The notes beneath the pieces were generated by a model. The model saw only the letters and a list, made by a program, of their open reading frames with translations. It was not told the DNA's origin and did no database searches. This document shows positions 9,927 to 20,169 of a DNA stretch of 64,000 bases, piece by piece; position 1 is the stretch's first letter; every line of letters starts with the position of its first letter. Origin of the DNA: Candidatus Latescibacterota bacterium (lineage in GTDB: Bacteria > Latescibacterota > UBA2968 > GCA-2709665); contig OZ220733.1 in NCBI GenBank assembly GCA_965116875.1, forward strand, positions 3,808,001 to 3,872,000, in the 5' to 3' direction. A program made the position numbers and the translations under genes.

Positions 9927-10793
9927 ATGATTCCCAGCCCATTCGACTATCATGCGCCAAAGACCCTGAGAAAGGCGCTCAGCCTGCTTCAGGAGCATGG
10001 CGGCGACGCAAAGATCCTGGCAGGCGGCCACAGCCTCATCCCGCTGATGAAGCTGCGGTTCGCTTCGCCGGCGACCCTCATCGATCTGGGGGGCATTACG
10101 GGTCTGCGGAAGGTCGTCGCCGGAAACGAAACGATCTCGATCGGCGCCCTGGCGACGCACTACGCGGTGGAGAGCCACAGGCTGCTGAAGTCCAGGTGCG
10201 GCCTGCTGCCGGAAACGGCGGCGGCCATCGGAGACGCCCAGGTGCGCAATCGCGGCACGGTGGGCGGCAGCCTGGTCCACGCGGACCCGGCCGCGGACTG
10301 GCCCGCGACGATGCTGGCGCTGAACGCCCAGCTCGAAATCTCCGGCCCGGGGGGCGAGCGGAGCGTCGCCGTCGGCGATTTCTTCGAAGATCTGCTCACC
10401 GTCGCTATCGGCGAAGACGAAATCCTCACGCGGGTCCGGATCGCCACGCCTCCGGACAACTCCGGAGGCGCGTACGTCAAGATGCACCAGTCCGCATCGG
10501 GATTCGCCATCTGCGGCGTTGCGGCGCAGGTCACGCTGGACAACGGCAGTTGCGCGTCGGTCGGCATCGGCGTCACGGGCGTATCGCCGGTGGCCTACAG
10601 GGCCTCGGCCGCTGAAGCCTCGCTGCAGGGAGGCCCGCTGAACGCCGAAACGATTGCCTCGGCGGCCGACAAGGCGGCCGACGGCGTGGAAGACTTCCAG
10701 GAAGACCACCACGCCTCGGGCGACTACCGCGCCCATCTGGCCAGGGTCTTCACGCGGCAGGCGCTCACGAGTGCCGCAGAGCGCGCAGCCTGA
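9927..10793 (+). CDS. coxM: CoxM-like FAD subunit
   Basis: AGGHSLIPLMKLR; QVRNRGTVGGSLVHADPAAD. Confidence 0.92.
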   Translation: MIPSPFDYHAPKTLRKALSLLQEHGGDAKILAGGHSLIPLMKLRFASPATLIDLGGITGLRKVVAGNETISIGALATHYAVESHRLLKSRCGLLPETAAAIGDAQVRNRGTVGGSLVHADPAADWPATMLALNAQLEISGPGGERSVAVGDFFEDLLTVAIGEDEILTRVRIATPPDNSGGAYVKMHQSASGFAICGVAAQVTLDNGSCASVGIGVTGVSPVAYRASAAEASLQGGPLNAETIASAADKAADGVEDFQEDHHASGDYRAHLARVFTRQALTSAAERAA

Positions 10794-10918
10794 CCGCCGC
10801 CTCACATCGATTTGAACGATAAACGCGTGCGCCCGGTTTACGCCGCCGGGCGCACGCACTCGCGTACCAGTTCACGGAAACCGCTGGGAATTTCAAGACA
10901 ACTTCCAGGGAGGCGTTC

Positions 10919-11428
10919 TTGAAGATCAAGGGCACGCACACCATCAACGCGCCGCGACAGCGCGTCTTCGAAATGCTCACCGACCCCGAGGCCCTCGCCA
11001 AATGCATACCCGGCGCACGGAAGCTGGCGCTTGTGGGCGAGAACACGTACGAACTGGAAATCAACGCCGGCGTGGGACCCATCAGAGGCAGTTACAGCGG
11101 TACGGTCCGCCTGGAAGACCTGAACCCGCCCGAATGCTATCGCATGGTCGTGGACGCAAAGGGCAAGACAGGATTCGTCCGCGGAGAGGGAAGTATCAAC
11201 CTCGCCGCCGAGGGGGACGGCACTCAGGTGACGTACAGCGGCGACGTGCAGTTGGGCGGGCCCGTTGCGGCGGTCGGCCAGCGGCTGCACGTGAGCGTCT
11301 CGAAGATGATGACCCGTCAGCTCTTCGGCGCCATCGAGGCCGAGGCCAGCGCCGCTCCCGGCGAGACCGTCAAGCACGGCATCCTGAGGGACTATCTCCG
11401 CGGAAAGAAGCCGGGGGCCGGGCAGTAA
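10919..11428 (+). CDS. coxG: CoxG/SRPBCC-family protein
   Basis: LTDPEALAKCIPG; GVGPIRGSY; GPVAAVGQRL. Confidence 0.85.
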   Translation: MKIKGTHTINAPRQRVFEMLTDPEALAKCIPGARKLALVGENTYELEINAGVGPIRGSYSGTVRLEDLNPPECYRMVVDAKGKTGFVRGEGSINLAAEGDGTQVTYSGDVQLGGPVAAVGQRLHVSVSKMMTRQLFGAIEAEASAAPGETVKHGILRDYLRGKKPGAGQ

Positions 11429-11499
11429 CGATCCTTGACCGGCACGGCTGAGATGATCCATGATCAATCGAATTCCACAACCCAAACCCGGAACCCCGT

Positions 11500-11865
11500 A
11501 TGCCCCATATCGACTGGATCGACGTCCCCGTCAATGAACTCGCGCCCGGCGTGCGCATCCGCGCGCCCTATGGCGAGAATCTCATGATCTCCTTGCTGGA
11601 AATGGATGAGGGCGCGGTTGTGCCGCTGCACCATCATCCGCACGAGCAGGGGGGCATCATGCTGGAGGGACGGGTCGAACTGACCATCGGCGACGTCACC
11701 CGGACGGTTGAGAAGGACGCCGCCTATCTCATCCCGCCCAACGTGCCCCATCGCGCGGTTGCGGTGGACGGCCCCGCCGTCGTGCTGGACATCTTCAGCC
11801 CCGTCCGGGAAGACTACGTGGAACTGGGCAACCGCTACATCCCGCCGGAAGACAGAGCACGATAG
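11500..11865 (+). CDS. Cupin-domain protein
   Basis: PLHHHPHEQ...IPPNVPH...DIFSPVREDY. Confidence 0.88.
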   Translation: MPHIDWIDVPVNELAPGVRIRAPYGENLMISLLEMDEGAVVPLHHHPHEQGGIMLEGRVELTIGDVTRTVEKDAAYLIPPNVPHRAVAVDGPAVVLDIFSPVREDYVELGNRYIPPEDRAR

Positions 11866-11901
11866 GTCAACCACAGCGTCGATGAAATTTGATCGAAAGA
11901 C

Positions 11902-11938
11902 AACAGCGGATCGGGATTCAATCCCGTCCCGCTGTTTT
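11902..11938 (+). terminator. Intrinsic terminator
   Basis: AACAGCGGATCGGGAT-TCA-ATCCCGTCCCGCTGTTTT. Confidence 0.6.
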
Positions 11939-12007
11939 GTGCTATTGTAGAGACACTAAAAATCCACATCTCCCCAAATTCCCTGCCTACGGCGGGTTCC
12001 TTACAAG

Positions 12008-12140
12008 CGGGGAGACGGAAGACGGGAGAGGGTAGAGATTACCTGCCTTGTGCGGATTCTTTAAGTGCCGAAGGCAAGGAGGGAAAACATTCCGGGCAAG
12101 GATTTCTTCTACCGGCTTCCCTCTACCCTCTTGCCGCCTT
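12008..12140. mobile_element. MITE-like repeat family C, copy 3
   Basis: GAGACGGAAGACGGGAGAGGGTAGAGATTACCTGCCTTG...GAAGGCAAGGAGGGAAAACAT, closely matching copy 1. Confidence 0.75.
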
Positions 12141-12364
12141 TGGAATAGTCGCCGCTGGGCGCGGGGCCTGCTCTATGCATGGCGCGAATACCCTCACAGG
12201 ACGCACCGGATATGCTGGCCTGCGAACGCCGGAGGATATCGTAATTTCGAGCGGGACGGAACAACGCGCCCTGCTCTGGAAGTGCTCTGGAGTGGCATCG
12301 CGTTAAACAATCGAATGCCCGACCGAGGGCGAGCGAAATGACATTGTGATATCACAACCGCCAT

Positions 12365-12391
12365 GTGGGCAACCACAAGGGTTGCCCCTAC
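12365..12391. repeat. REP palindrome
   Basis: GGGCAACCACAAGGGTTGCCCCTAC; a related copy GGGCGACCACGAGGGTCGCCCCTAC lies at 16094-16118. Confidence 0.7.
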
Positions 12392-12702
12392 AAATCCAGA
12401 TTCCGCGCAAACGGTTGTGGTGTGGGGGGTCTTTCCGTGTTAATCCGTACAGCACCGGGGTTTTGGTACAGCAGAGGGACGTGAAGGCCACCCGAATTCC
12501 CGTTTCTCCACTGAGTTGGTTCACGGAAAAACCGGCCCCCTGCCGAAGGGCGCGCTTCTTTTTGGTCCTTTTTCTTCCGCGCATAAGAAAAAGGACGTAA
12601 AATAAGGAAAACAAAGGATTTATAAAAAAACTGGTATGCAAATGACATACCTGTAGTTTGCCTTTCTATTCGAAATCATGCCTACGGCGTCTTCTTTGAA
12701 AC

Positions 12703-12860
12703 CGGGTAGACTCAAGACGGGAGTGGGGAGAGATTACCTGCCTCGTGAGATTTCCTTTTGTGCCTGAGGCAACGAGGAATGAATTATAGGGCAATGATTC
12801 CGTCTACCGTCTCCCCACTCTTTTTCCTTCTTCCTTCTTCCTTCTACTTCCCCTCTACCC
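12703..12860. mobile_element. MITE-like repeat family C, copy 4
   Basis: GGGTAGAC...GAGATTACCTGCCTCGTGAG...GGCAA...CTACCGTCTCCCC...CCCTCTACCC. Confidence 0.7.
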
Positions 12861-15800
12861 GATTGATCGCGGCCGAAGAATATTACGCGCGAATCCCCTC
12901 AGGAAGACCCTCAGGTCATCCAGATACGTGTAGAACAGCGGCACGACGAAGAGGGTCAATATCGTTGACGATAACAGGCCGCCGATCATCGTGATACCGA
13001 GCGGGGCATAGGGCGTGCCAAGCATGGTCGCCGAGCCTGCGGCCATGGGGAACAGCCCGAAAACTGTCGTGAAGGTGGTCATCAGAATAGGCCGGAACCG
13101 GTTGAAACCGGCCTCCTCGATCGCCTCCGTCCGGCTCATGCCGGACACCCTCAGCCGGTTGATCATGTCCACAAGCACGATCGCGTTGTTCACCACCACG
13201 CCGATCAGCAGGATGATGCCCATCTGCGCCATCTTTCCCATCACGGTATTCGTCAGGAACAGACCCCAATACACACCCAGGAACGCGAAGGGAATCGACA
13301 GCAGCACCGCGAACGGCAATACGAACGACTCGAACAGCACGCCCATCAGCAGGAATACGCAGGTGATCGCCATCGTGATCGCAAACGACATCGTGTCGTC
13401 GGCCTCCTGGAACCTGGAATAGGTCTCTCCCTTGTTCCAGGAGTATCCGCGAGGCATGGCGAATCCTTCCATCGCCCGGTCGATCTGAGCCCACAGTCCC
13501 TTCAGGTCCTCCTGGGTTGTGTACGCCCGCACCCGCATCCGCATCTTTCCGTCCTCCCTCCGGATGGTGCCGCTGCCTTCCGCTATCTTGAACGTGGCAA
13601 ATGCCGACAGGGGTACCTGGGCGCCGGTTTTTGAGCGAAACGGAAAGCTCTTGAGTTGGGCCAGCGTCTGGCGGTCGTCTTCGTCCATGAAGAGCCTGAC
13701 CGAGAACCTCCGGTCTTCCTCGTAGTACGGCGCCAGGTTGACGCCGCGAAGCTGATAGGAAATGCTGCGCCCTATGGCCTGGGCGGAAATCCCGTACGAA
13801 TGCGCCTGTTCCTTGTTGATGAGTACCTGCACCTCTTTTTCCGCGAACTCCAGATCACTATCCACGCTGACGACGTCCGGAATCGCCTCCATGCGTTGCC
13901 GCACGGCCTCCGACAGCCGCCCCAGCAGATCAATGTCCTCTCCGTACAGATAGACCGAGACACCCGGCTCACTGCGCCAACGCGTCTGAACCATCACCCG
14001 TACGCCGACGAATTGCGGAATGTGTTTCTTGGCGTCCTCGATCACCTCCGCTCGCGTCATCCAACCCTTGACGGGAAAACCCGCCTTCTTTCGAACGCTC
14101 TTGTAAAACTGGTACCACCAGTCCCGGTTCGGTTCTTCCTCCAGATACACCCGGATAAACCCGCGTTGACGCCAGTACCCCAGCCGCACCGTTTCGATCC
14201 GATACGTCTCCCGTTTGCTGTCCAGGAATGCCTCGATCTGGGTTGCCACGCGTTCCATCTCCGCACGCTTGAAAAAGGGCGGGGCGGTGAATCGAATGAA
14301 AAATTCGTTGTTTACCCGGGCGCGACCGGTGGTCTTCTTGACGTTCGAAGCCGGATAGAAAACCGAAACGAACAGGATGATGAAGATCAGGGAAGCATCC
14401 CGCCGGTGTTTCAGAATCCACCGCAGGCCTCCGTGGTATCTGCGCCGCATCCACCGGACCGACCCCGGATCCTTCCTGGCGGCGTGCCTTCCGAGTACCT
14501 TCGCCGCGAGCGGGATGAAGATGAGCGCCACGAACAAAGAGCCCAGCAGCGACACGACCACCGGAATGCCGACCCTGGTGAGTTCAAAGGTCAGTCCGAT
14601 GTCACCCGTCATAAACATCAACGGCATGAAGACCACCACCGTGGTCAGCGTTGCCATCGATATGGCCATGCCCACTTCGCTGGCGCCGGTAATGGACGCC
14701 TCGTGCGCATCCATCCCCTTTGCGCGCATGCGATAGATGTTTTCCACGATCACGATCGCGTTATCCACCACCATTCCCATCCCCACCATCAGGCCCATCA
14801 TGGTCAGCAGATTCAACGACCAGTCCAGAAAATAGAGCACGGAAATCGTCATCATGATGCACAGTGGAATCGACAGGGTAATCAGGGCCGTCATCCGGAC
14901 GGCGCGGAGGAAATACAGAAGGATCAGTGAGGCGAACAACGCGCCCCAGATCGCGGTCGTTCGAATATTGTCGATCGAATCGCGCACCGCCCGGCCCTGA
15001 TCCCACATGACGTTGAACTGTGCTCCGGTTTCCTCGCTGATCCGTTCCAGTTCCTCCTTCACCCGGACCGATACGTCCACCACGTTGGCGCTCGATTCCT
15101 TGTACACGTCCAGCCCAACCGCTTCCTTTCCGTTGATTCGCCAGGATCCCAGTCGCGGCGGCATTCCGAACAGTACGCCCCCGACGTCGGACACGCTGAC
15201 CGGTCCCATCCCGTTCGACCGCTGGATCGGAATCCGGCGGATCTCGTCCATGTCCGTATACCGAGCCAGGGAGCGGATGAAGTACTTCTTGCCGCCCTCG
15301 TGTACATAACCGCCCGCCAGCGCGAAGTTCTCGCCCTGAAGGGCCTGTACCACGTCGGCGGGCCGGACGCCGAGCGAACGCATGCGCTCCTGCAGCACAA
15401 CAACCGTGATCTCCTTCCTGAATCTTCCCCAGAAGGAAATCTTCGCCACCCCGTCGATCCGCTCCAGACGCCGTTGAACCCTGTCTTCAATGAAGGACTG
15501 GATATCCTCAAGTCCCTCCGGCGGGGCCACCCCCATCCAGATAATTTCCTGGTCGGTCTCCTCGTTATATTTCCAAACCCCCGTCCGATCGCGTTTCTCG
15601 GCGGGCAATTCCAGTTTCAGCCGGTCCAGACGGTCCATGACCTGGTTGTAGGCCAGAGACATGTCCGTCTCCGGACGAAACCTCAAACCGGCATCCGCCC
15701 AGTTCTTGCCTGCCCAGGTACGCATGGACCGGAGGTTCTTCACCGTACCGAGATACGTTTCGAACAGCCGGCAGATTTCCTGGTCGTTCTCCCTGGGCGA

Positions 15801-15980
15801 CGTATCCCTGCTATCGACCCACACCCACAGCCGCTTCCAGTCCCATCCGGAAGGGAAGGCCTGCAGGCGTATCTTCATATAGGATACGCAGCCGATCACC
15901 AGCAGCGCCACAAGGCACATGGCCACCGTCACCGGCCTGGATATGGAAAACCTCGGCAGAAGCGCCTGTCGATCCTTCAC
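12855..15980 (-). CDS. RND (AcrB-family) transporter permease
   Basis: SISRPVTV; GMVVDNAIVIVENI; GVVVNNAIVLVD; RFRPILMTT; 1041 aa. Confidence 0.92.
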   Translation of the reverse strand: MKDRQALLPRFSISRPVTVAMCLVALLVIGCVSYMKIRLQAFPSGWDWKRLWVWVDSRDTSPRENDQEICRLFETYLGTVKNLRSMRTWAGKNWADAGLRFRPETDMSLAYNQVMDRLDRLKLELPAEKRDRTGVWKYNEETDQEIIWMGVAPPEGLEDIQSFIEDRVQRRLERIDGVAKISFWGRFRKEITVVVLQERMRSLGVRPADVVQALQGENFALAGGYVHEGGKKYFIRSLARYTDMDEIRRIPIQRSNGMGPVSVSDVGGVLFGMPPRLGSWRINGKEAVGLDVYKESSANVVDVSVRVKEELERISEETGAQFNVMWDQGRAVRDSIDNIRTTAIWGALFASLILLYFLRAVRMTALITLSIPLCIMMTISVLYFLDWSLNLLTMMGLMVGMGMVVDNAIVIVENIYRMRAKGMDAHEASITGASEVGMAISMATLTTVVVFMPLMFMTGDIGLTFELTRVGIPVVVSLLGSLFVALIFIPLAAKVLGRHAARKDPGSVRWMRRRYHGGLRWILKHRRDASLIFIILFVSVFYPASNVKKTTGRARVNNEFFIRFTAPPFFKRAEMERVATQIEAFLDSKRETYRIETVRLGYWRQRGFIRVYLEEEPNRDWWYQFYKSVRKKAGFPVKGWMTRAEVIEDAKKHIPQFVGVRVMVQTRWRSEPGVSVYLYGEDIDLLGRLSEAVRQRMEAIPDVVSVDSDLEFAEKEVQVLINKEQAHSYGISAQAIGRSISYQLRGVNLAPYYEEDRRFSVRLFMDEDDRQTLAQLKSFPFRSKTGAQVPLSAFATFKIAEGSGTIRREDGKMRMRVRAYTTQEDLKGLWAQIDRAMEGFAMPRGYSWNKGETYSRFQEADDTMSFAITMAITCVFLLMGVLFESFVLPFAVLLSIPFAFLGVYWGLFLTNTVMGKMAQMGIILLIGVVVNNAIVLVDMINRLRVSGMSRTEAIEEAGFNRFRPILMTTFTTVFGLFPMAAGSATMLGTPYAPLGITMIGGLLSSTILTLFVVPLFYTYLDDLRVFLRGFARNILRPRSIG

Positions 15981-16150
15981 GCGAAACTCCCGCGGGAATC
16001 AGAATAGAAAAACCGGTTTATCAAGAGCGGTAAAGGTAAAAGATACACATCCGGCGGCCCGGAAAGCAAATATTCGATTCGAACTGAGTGGAAGGGCGAC
16101 CACGAGGGTCGCCCCTACCACCCGCAATCTGACGTTTCCCCCCTTTCTCC

Positions 16151-16179
16151 TTGACATGAATCGTGCAACATCCTACATT
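16151..16179 (+). promoter_or_regulatory. Sigma70 promoter of the pheS leader
   Basis: TTGACA-17 bp-TACATT. Confidence 0.8.
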
Positions 16180-16186
16180 CTCACCC

Positions 16187-16490
16187 AAAGCGATGACGGA
16201 GGAAAGTAGGCCGTCCCCAACCGGAAAGGGAGGGGGCGCCCCGGACTGAAAGCGCCCTCGCGGCATGAACGGCCGAAGTTCCCTCTCGAGCTGCAACGCT
16301 GAATGCGATTCCTGGCCTGATGGACGTTCAGGGCAATTGCTACTAGGCGAAGCCGGTGACTCCCGCCGACAATGGAGAGGGGCGGTTCTTGCCGCCTGAA
16401 GAGCGGCGCCTGCACGGCGCAAATAGGGTGGTACCGCGGAAGACGTCACGTCCTTTCGTCCCTATGGGGATGAAAGGTTTTTCTTTTTTG
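16187..16490 (+). promoter_or_regulatory. T-box riboswitch, Phe specifier
   Basis: GCGATGA, AGTA, GGACTGAAA stem I motifs; GAAG-TTC specifier at 16279-16281; T-box AATAGGGTGGTACCGCG at 16422-16438; terminator CCTTTCGTCCC...GGGATGAAAGG plus U tract. Confidence 0.9.
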
Positions 16491-16562
16491 TCCATTGCGG
16501 ACCGAACACGTCGCCATAGGGTGTCTCGACAATCCCAGGTTCCGAATCCGGGGAGCATTGCC

Positions 16563-18149
16563 GTGAATCAGCCGATCGACCTGTCTTCCCTTCACGCGCT
16601 CGAAATCAGGACGCTGCGTGCCTTCGAGCCGCGTGAGGACCACGAAATCACCGACGCCGGCCTCCCTCGGGCCGCGGGCATCGGACCCGGCCAGGTCCGG
16701 CGCGCGCTGGAGTGGCTGCGTTCCAAGGGTCTTATCGAAGTCGTTTCGGAAGCGACGGTCACCACCGTCAGCCTCACCGAGCCGGGGGCCGTTCAGGCCC
16801 GCATCGGCGCGACGCCCGAAGTCGCGCTGCTGGTTCGTGCCGGCGAGGAGCCCGCGCCGACGCTCAGGCAATTGCAGGAAGACACCCGTTTTGACAGGGG
16901 CGAATGGGGCAGCGCCTTCGGCGGGCTGAAGGCGGAGGGTACAATCCGTCAGGAAGGCGCGGTCATCCGCATCGCCAATCCCGAAAGGGCCGCGTTCTTC
17001 GTGGAGAGGCTGATGCCCGGGCTCTTCGGACGCCTTCAGGAGGCTGGCGACGAGGCCGGGTTGAGTCTCGGCGACTTCACGGAAGAGATCCAGTCATATA
17101 TCCGGGAGCGAACGAGCAAACGCGGGAAGGGGCGGGCAGCCGTCCGCGTGGACGAACGCCTGGAGCGTGCGTACAGACTCACGTCGCCGGGCGTCCGGAC
17201 GCTGGCCGGCATTCTGGAGGCCAATCTGACGGGCGAAGAGGTCTCCCGCCTGACGCCGGAAATGATCCGGTCCGGAGGCTGGAAGAACGTGTCGTTCCGC
17301 CGGTACGACATCAGCATCAAGCCCCCGCGTATCCTCATCGGCCGTCTGCATCCCTACCGCACCTATCTGGACGGCGTGAGGCGCAAGCTGCTCTCGCTTG
17401 GATTCGAAGAAATGAAGGGGCCGCTGGTGGAAACCGAGTTCTGGAACATGGATGCCCTGTTCATGCCGCAGTTCCACGCGGCCCGTAATATCCATGACGC
17501 CTACTACGTAAAGGACCCCGTCCGTTCCAAAGCGGCTGAAGAACCCTTCTTCTCAAAAGTGGCCGAAGCCCACGCCAACGGCGGCGACACGGGTTCCCGC
17601 GGCTGGCGGTACGAATTCAGCCCCGCGCGCGCGCGCCGTCTCATCCTGCGCAGCCAGGGTACCGCGCTGTCAGCCCGCACGCTTGCATCGGGCCCGGACA
17701 TCCCCGGGAAATACTTCGCCGTTGCGCGCTGTTTCCGGTACGACGACGTCGACGCCACACACGCGGCGGATTTTTTCCAGGTGGAGGGCATCGTACTGGG
17801 CGAGCGCATCAATTTCCGGAGTCTGCTCGGCCTGCTCAAGCTCTTCGCGCTGGAAATCGCACAGGCGCAGGAGTGCCGTTTTGTGCCGGACTATTTCCCG
17901 TTTACGGAGCCGTCGGTCGAACTTCAGGCCAGGCACCCCTCGCTGGGCTGGATCGAATTCGGCGGCGCCGGCCTCTTCCGGCCCGAACTCACGCGTCCCC
18001 TGGGCGTCGATGTTCCCGTCATCGCGTGGGGTCTGGGCATCGACCGCATGGCAATGGTGGCCCTGGGAATCGACGACATCCGCGACCTTTTCAGCACCGA
18101 CCTGGCCCGGATACGGAACGAGAGAGAGAACAGACCGACGGTCAAATGA
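16563..18149 (+). CDS. pheS: Phenylalanyl-tRNA synthetase alpha subunit, archaeal/eukaryotic long type
   Basis: 528 aa with long N-terminus; GRLHP; FWNMDALFMPQFHAAR; CFRYDDVDATH; YFPFTEPS; AWGLGIDR. Confidence 0.93.
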   Translation: MNQPIDLSSLHALEIRTLRAFEPREDHEITDAGLPRAAGIGPGQVRRALEWLRSKGLIEVVSEATVTTVSLTEPGAVQARIGATPEVALLVRAGEEPAPTLRQLQEDTRFDRGEWGSAFGGLKAEGTIRQEGAVIRIANPERAAFFVERLMPGLFGRLQEAGDEAGLSLGDFTEEIQSYIRERTSKRGKGRAAVRVDERLERAYRLTSPGVRTLAGILEANLTGEEVSRLTPEMIRSGGWKNVSFRRYDISIKPPRILIGRLHPYRTYLDGVRRKLLSLGFEEMKGPLVETEFWNMDALFMPQFHAARNIHDAYYVKDPVRSKAAEEPFFSKVAEAHANGGDTGSRGWRYEFSPARARRLILRSQGTALSARTLASGPDIPGKYFAVARCFRYDDVDATHAADFFQVEGIVLGERINFRSLLGLLKLFALEIAQAQECRFVPDYFPFTEPSVELQARHPSLGWIEFGGAGLFRPELTRPLGVDVPVIAWGLGIDRMAMVALGIDDIRDLFSTDLARIRNERENRPTVK

Positions 18150-18189
18150 CCGCTCAGCCGACCCGACACCAGCGCGGTATGATGAACGA

Positions 18190-18390
18190 TTAACCTCAAT
18201 CCGAAAAAGACAACAGTTTAATTGGCTACAAAGAGCCTGAATGCGGGTAGAGGGTAGAGGGAAGACGGTAGAAGAAGCCCTCGCCCGATAATCTATACCT
18301 TCTTGCCTTCGGCAGGAGAAGAAACTCCACAGGGCGGGAAATCTCTCCCGTCTCCCGTCTCCCCCAGAGCGGGGTGGATTGGCGGGGTGA
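18190..18390. mobile_element. MITE-like repeat family C, copy 5 (inverted), between pheS and pheT
   Basis: TTAACCTCAATCCGAAA...TTGGCTACAAAGAGCCTGAATGCGGG is the reverse complement of the copy 1 tail. Confidence 0.78.
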
Positions 18391-18407
18391 TGGATGAAGG
18401 AGCATGC

Positions 18408-20093
18408 ATGCCCACCATTACCGTCATCAGACAGGATCTCGAACGACTCGCGGGCAGGAAGTACGATCTGCCCGAACTCGAACGCGCCCTGGAGGCCGTC
18501 AAGGCCGAAGTCAAAGTCGAGGATGACACCCGGCTGAGGATTCAGCTGAAGGATACCAACCGACCGGACCTGTGGTCGTCCGAGGGGGTTGCCAGGCTGC
18601 TCAGGGGGCATCGGAACGGCAGGCACGAATCCTATCCCTTTTTCGGGGAATCCGCGACGGATCTGGAACTGCGCGTCGATCCCTACCTGAAGGGCATCCG
18701 GCCCTGGATCGCCGCCTTCGCATGCAAAGGGATACCGGTGGACGGTGCGGCCCTCGAGCAACTCATCGAGGCCCAGGAAAAACTGGCGGAAGGATACGGG
18801 CGCGGGCGAAGCGCCGTGGCAATCGGCATCTACGACGCTTCCAACATCGTGTTTCCCGTCAACTTCGCCGCCGCGGACCCGGATGCCGCCCGCTTTGTCC
18901 CGCTGGGCATGGAAGAGGAGATGACGCTTCGGGATATCCTGAGTGAACACCCGACGGGCCGGACGTACGCGCATCTGCTCGAAGGCTTCAACCGGTTTCC
19001 CCTCATCACCGACAGCAGGGGCGACGTCCTCTCCATGCCTCCCGTGATCAACAGCCGAAACCCGGGCGCCGTGGAGGCCGGCGACACGTTTCTCTTCTGC
19101 GAGGCCACCGGCACCGAGCTCGACGCCGTACTCCTTTCCGTATCCATTATGGCCGCCAACATGGCGGACCGCGGCGGGCGCATCCTGCCCGTCAACGTAG
19201 TCTATCCATACGACACGCCGCGAGGGCGGGAGATCCGGTGTCCTGTGGATATGACGGAACCGGTGGAAGTCGATTTGGACGACCTGCGGCGCGTCATCGG
19301 CGGCGGAATCGACAACGAAGAAATCGAAGCCGCCCTGGCCGCCATGGGGTACCGTGACGTCGCGCTGGACCCAACCTGCGTCCGGGCGAGGCCGGCGCCG
19401 TACCGGGACGATATCCTGCATCCCGTGGACCTCATCGAGGACGTGATCGTGGCCGTGGGCTTCGACAGCTTCGAACCCGAGTTGCCGCGCGATTTCACCG
19501 TGGGCAAGTCCGCGCCCGAGGAAGACCTCGCGGACCGCATCCGCGGCCTGATGGTCGGCTGCGGGTTCCAGGAGCTCTTCCTGCCCATTCTTTCGTCGCG
19601 CGTTGACCTGACGGAACGAATGCGCGACACGGAAGCCGAGATCGTCGAGATTTCCAACCCCATGTCGGAGAACTACAGCGCGGTCCGGAACGCCCTGATG
19701 CCCGGGCTGCTCCGCGTGGAAGGGGCGAGCCGAAAAGCCCTGTATCCCCATCACGTCTTCGAGGTGGGCGAGGTCTCCGTCGTCGCACAGGACGACCTGT
19801 ACGGCACTCGCACCGAAATCCGACTCGCCGCGCTGGAGGCGCACGCCGAGGCCAATCTCTCGGGGATTCAGAGCCACCTCGAAGCCATCGCCTACTACCT
19901 CGGCTTCGACTACCGCCTCACGCCGTCGGCGCATCCCGCCTTCCTCCCGGGGCGGGCAGGGGAGATCCACGTGGACGGAGAAAGCTACGGCATCATCGGC
20001 GAGATCCATCCCGAAGTTCTGGAGAACTGGAGCGTCTCGGTGCCCGTGAGCGCGTTCGAAATCAACATCGATATCGCCCGCGTTCAACCGTGA
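18408..20093 (+). CDS. pheT: Phenylalanyl-tRNA synthetase beta subunit, archaeal short type
   Basis: 561 aa; MPTITV; NRPDLWSSEGVAR; LSMPPVINS; YRDDILHPVDLIEDV; no B2 OB-fold and no C-terminal FDX-ACB domain. Confidence 0.93.
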   Translation: MPTITVIRQDLERLAGRKYDLPELERALEAVKAEVKVEDDTRLRIQLKDTNRPDLWSSEGVARLLRGHRNGRHESYPFFGESATDLELRVDPYLKGIRPWIAAFACKGIPVDGAALEQLIEAQEKLAEGYGRGRSAVAIGIYDASNIVFPVNFAAADPDAARFVPLGMEEEMTLRDILSEHPTGRTYAHLLEGFNRFPLITDSRGDVLSMPPVINSRNPGAVEAGDTFLFCEATGTELDAVLLSVSIMAANMADRGGRILPVNVVYPYDTPRGREIRCPVDMTEPVEVDLDDLRRVIGGGIDNEEIEAALAAMGYRDVALDPTCVRARPAPYRDDILHPVDLIEDVIVAVGFDSFEPELPRDFTVGKSAPEEDLADRIRGLMVGCGFQELFLPILSSRVDLTERMRDTEAEIVEISNPMSENYSAVRNALMPGLLRVEGASRKALYPHHVFEVGEVSVVAQDDLYGTRTEIRLAALEAHAEANLSGIQSHLEAIAYYLGFDYRLTPSAHPAFLPGRAGEIHVDGESYGIIGEIHPEVLENWSVSVPVSAFEINIDIARVQP

Positions 20094-20131
20094 ACGCCGA
20101 AAAAGCCGTCGGGCCATGGTCAAAACACAGA

Positions 20132-20168
20132 AACGGGTTACGCCAGATTGGCGTAACCCGTTGTTTTT
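20132..20168. terminator. Bidirectional terminator between pheT and tRNA-Leu
   Basis: AACGGGTTACGCCA-GAT-TGGCGTAACCCGTT. Confidence 0.8.
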
Positions 20169-20169
20169 C

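Noticed and set aside
16356-16562. N-terminal extension of PheS in the ORF track (likewise PheT 18303-18407)
   Set aside because: These stretches overlap the T-box and a MITE; downstream starts with RBS fit better
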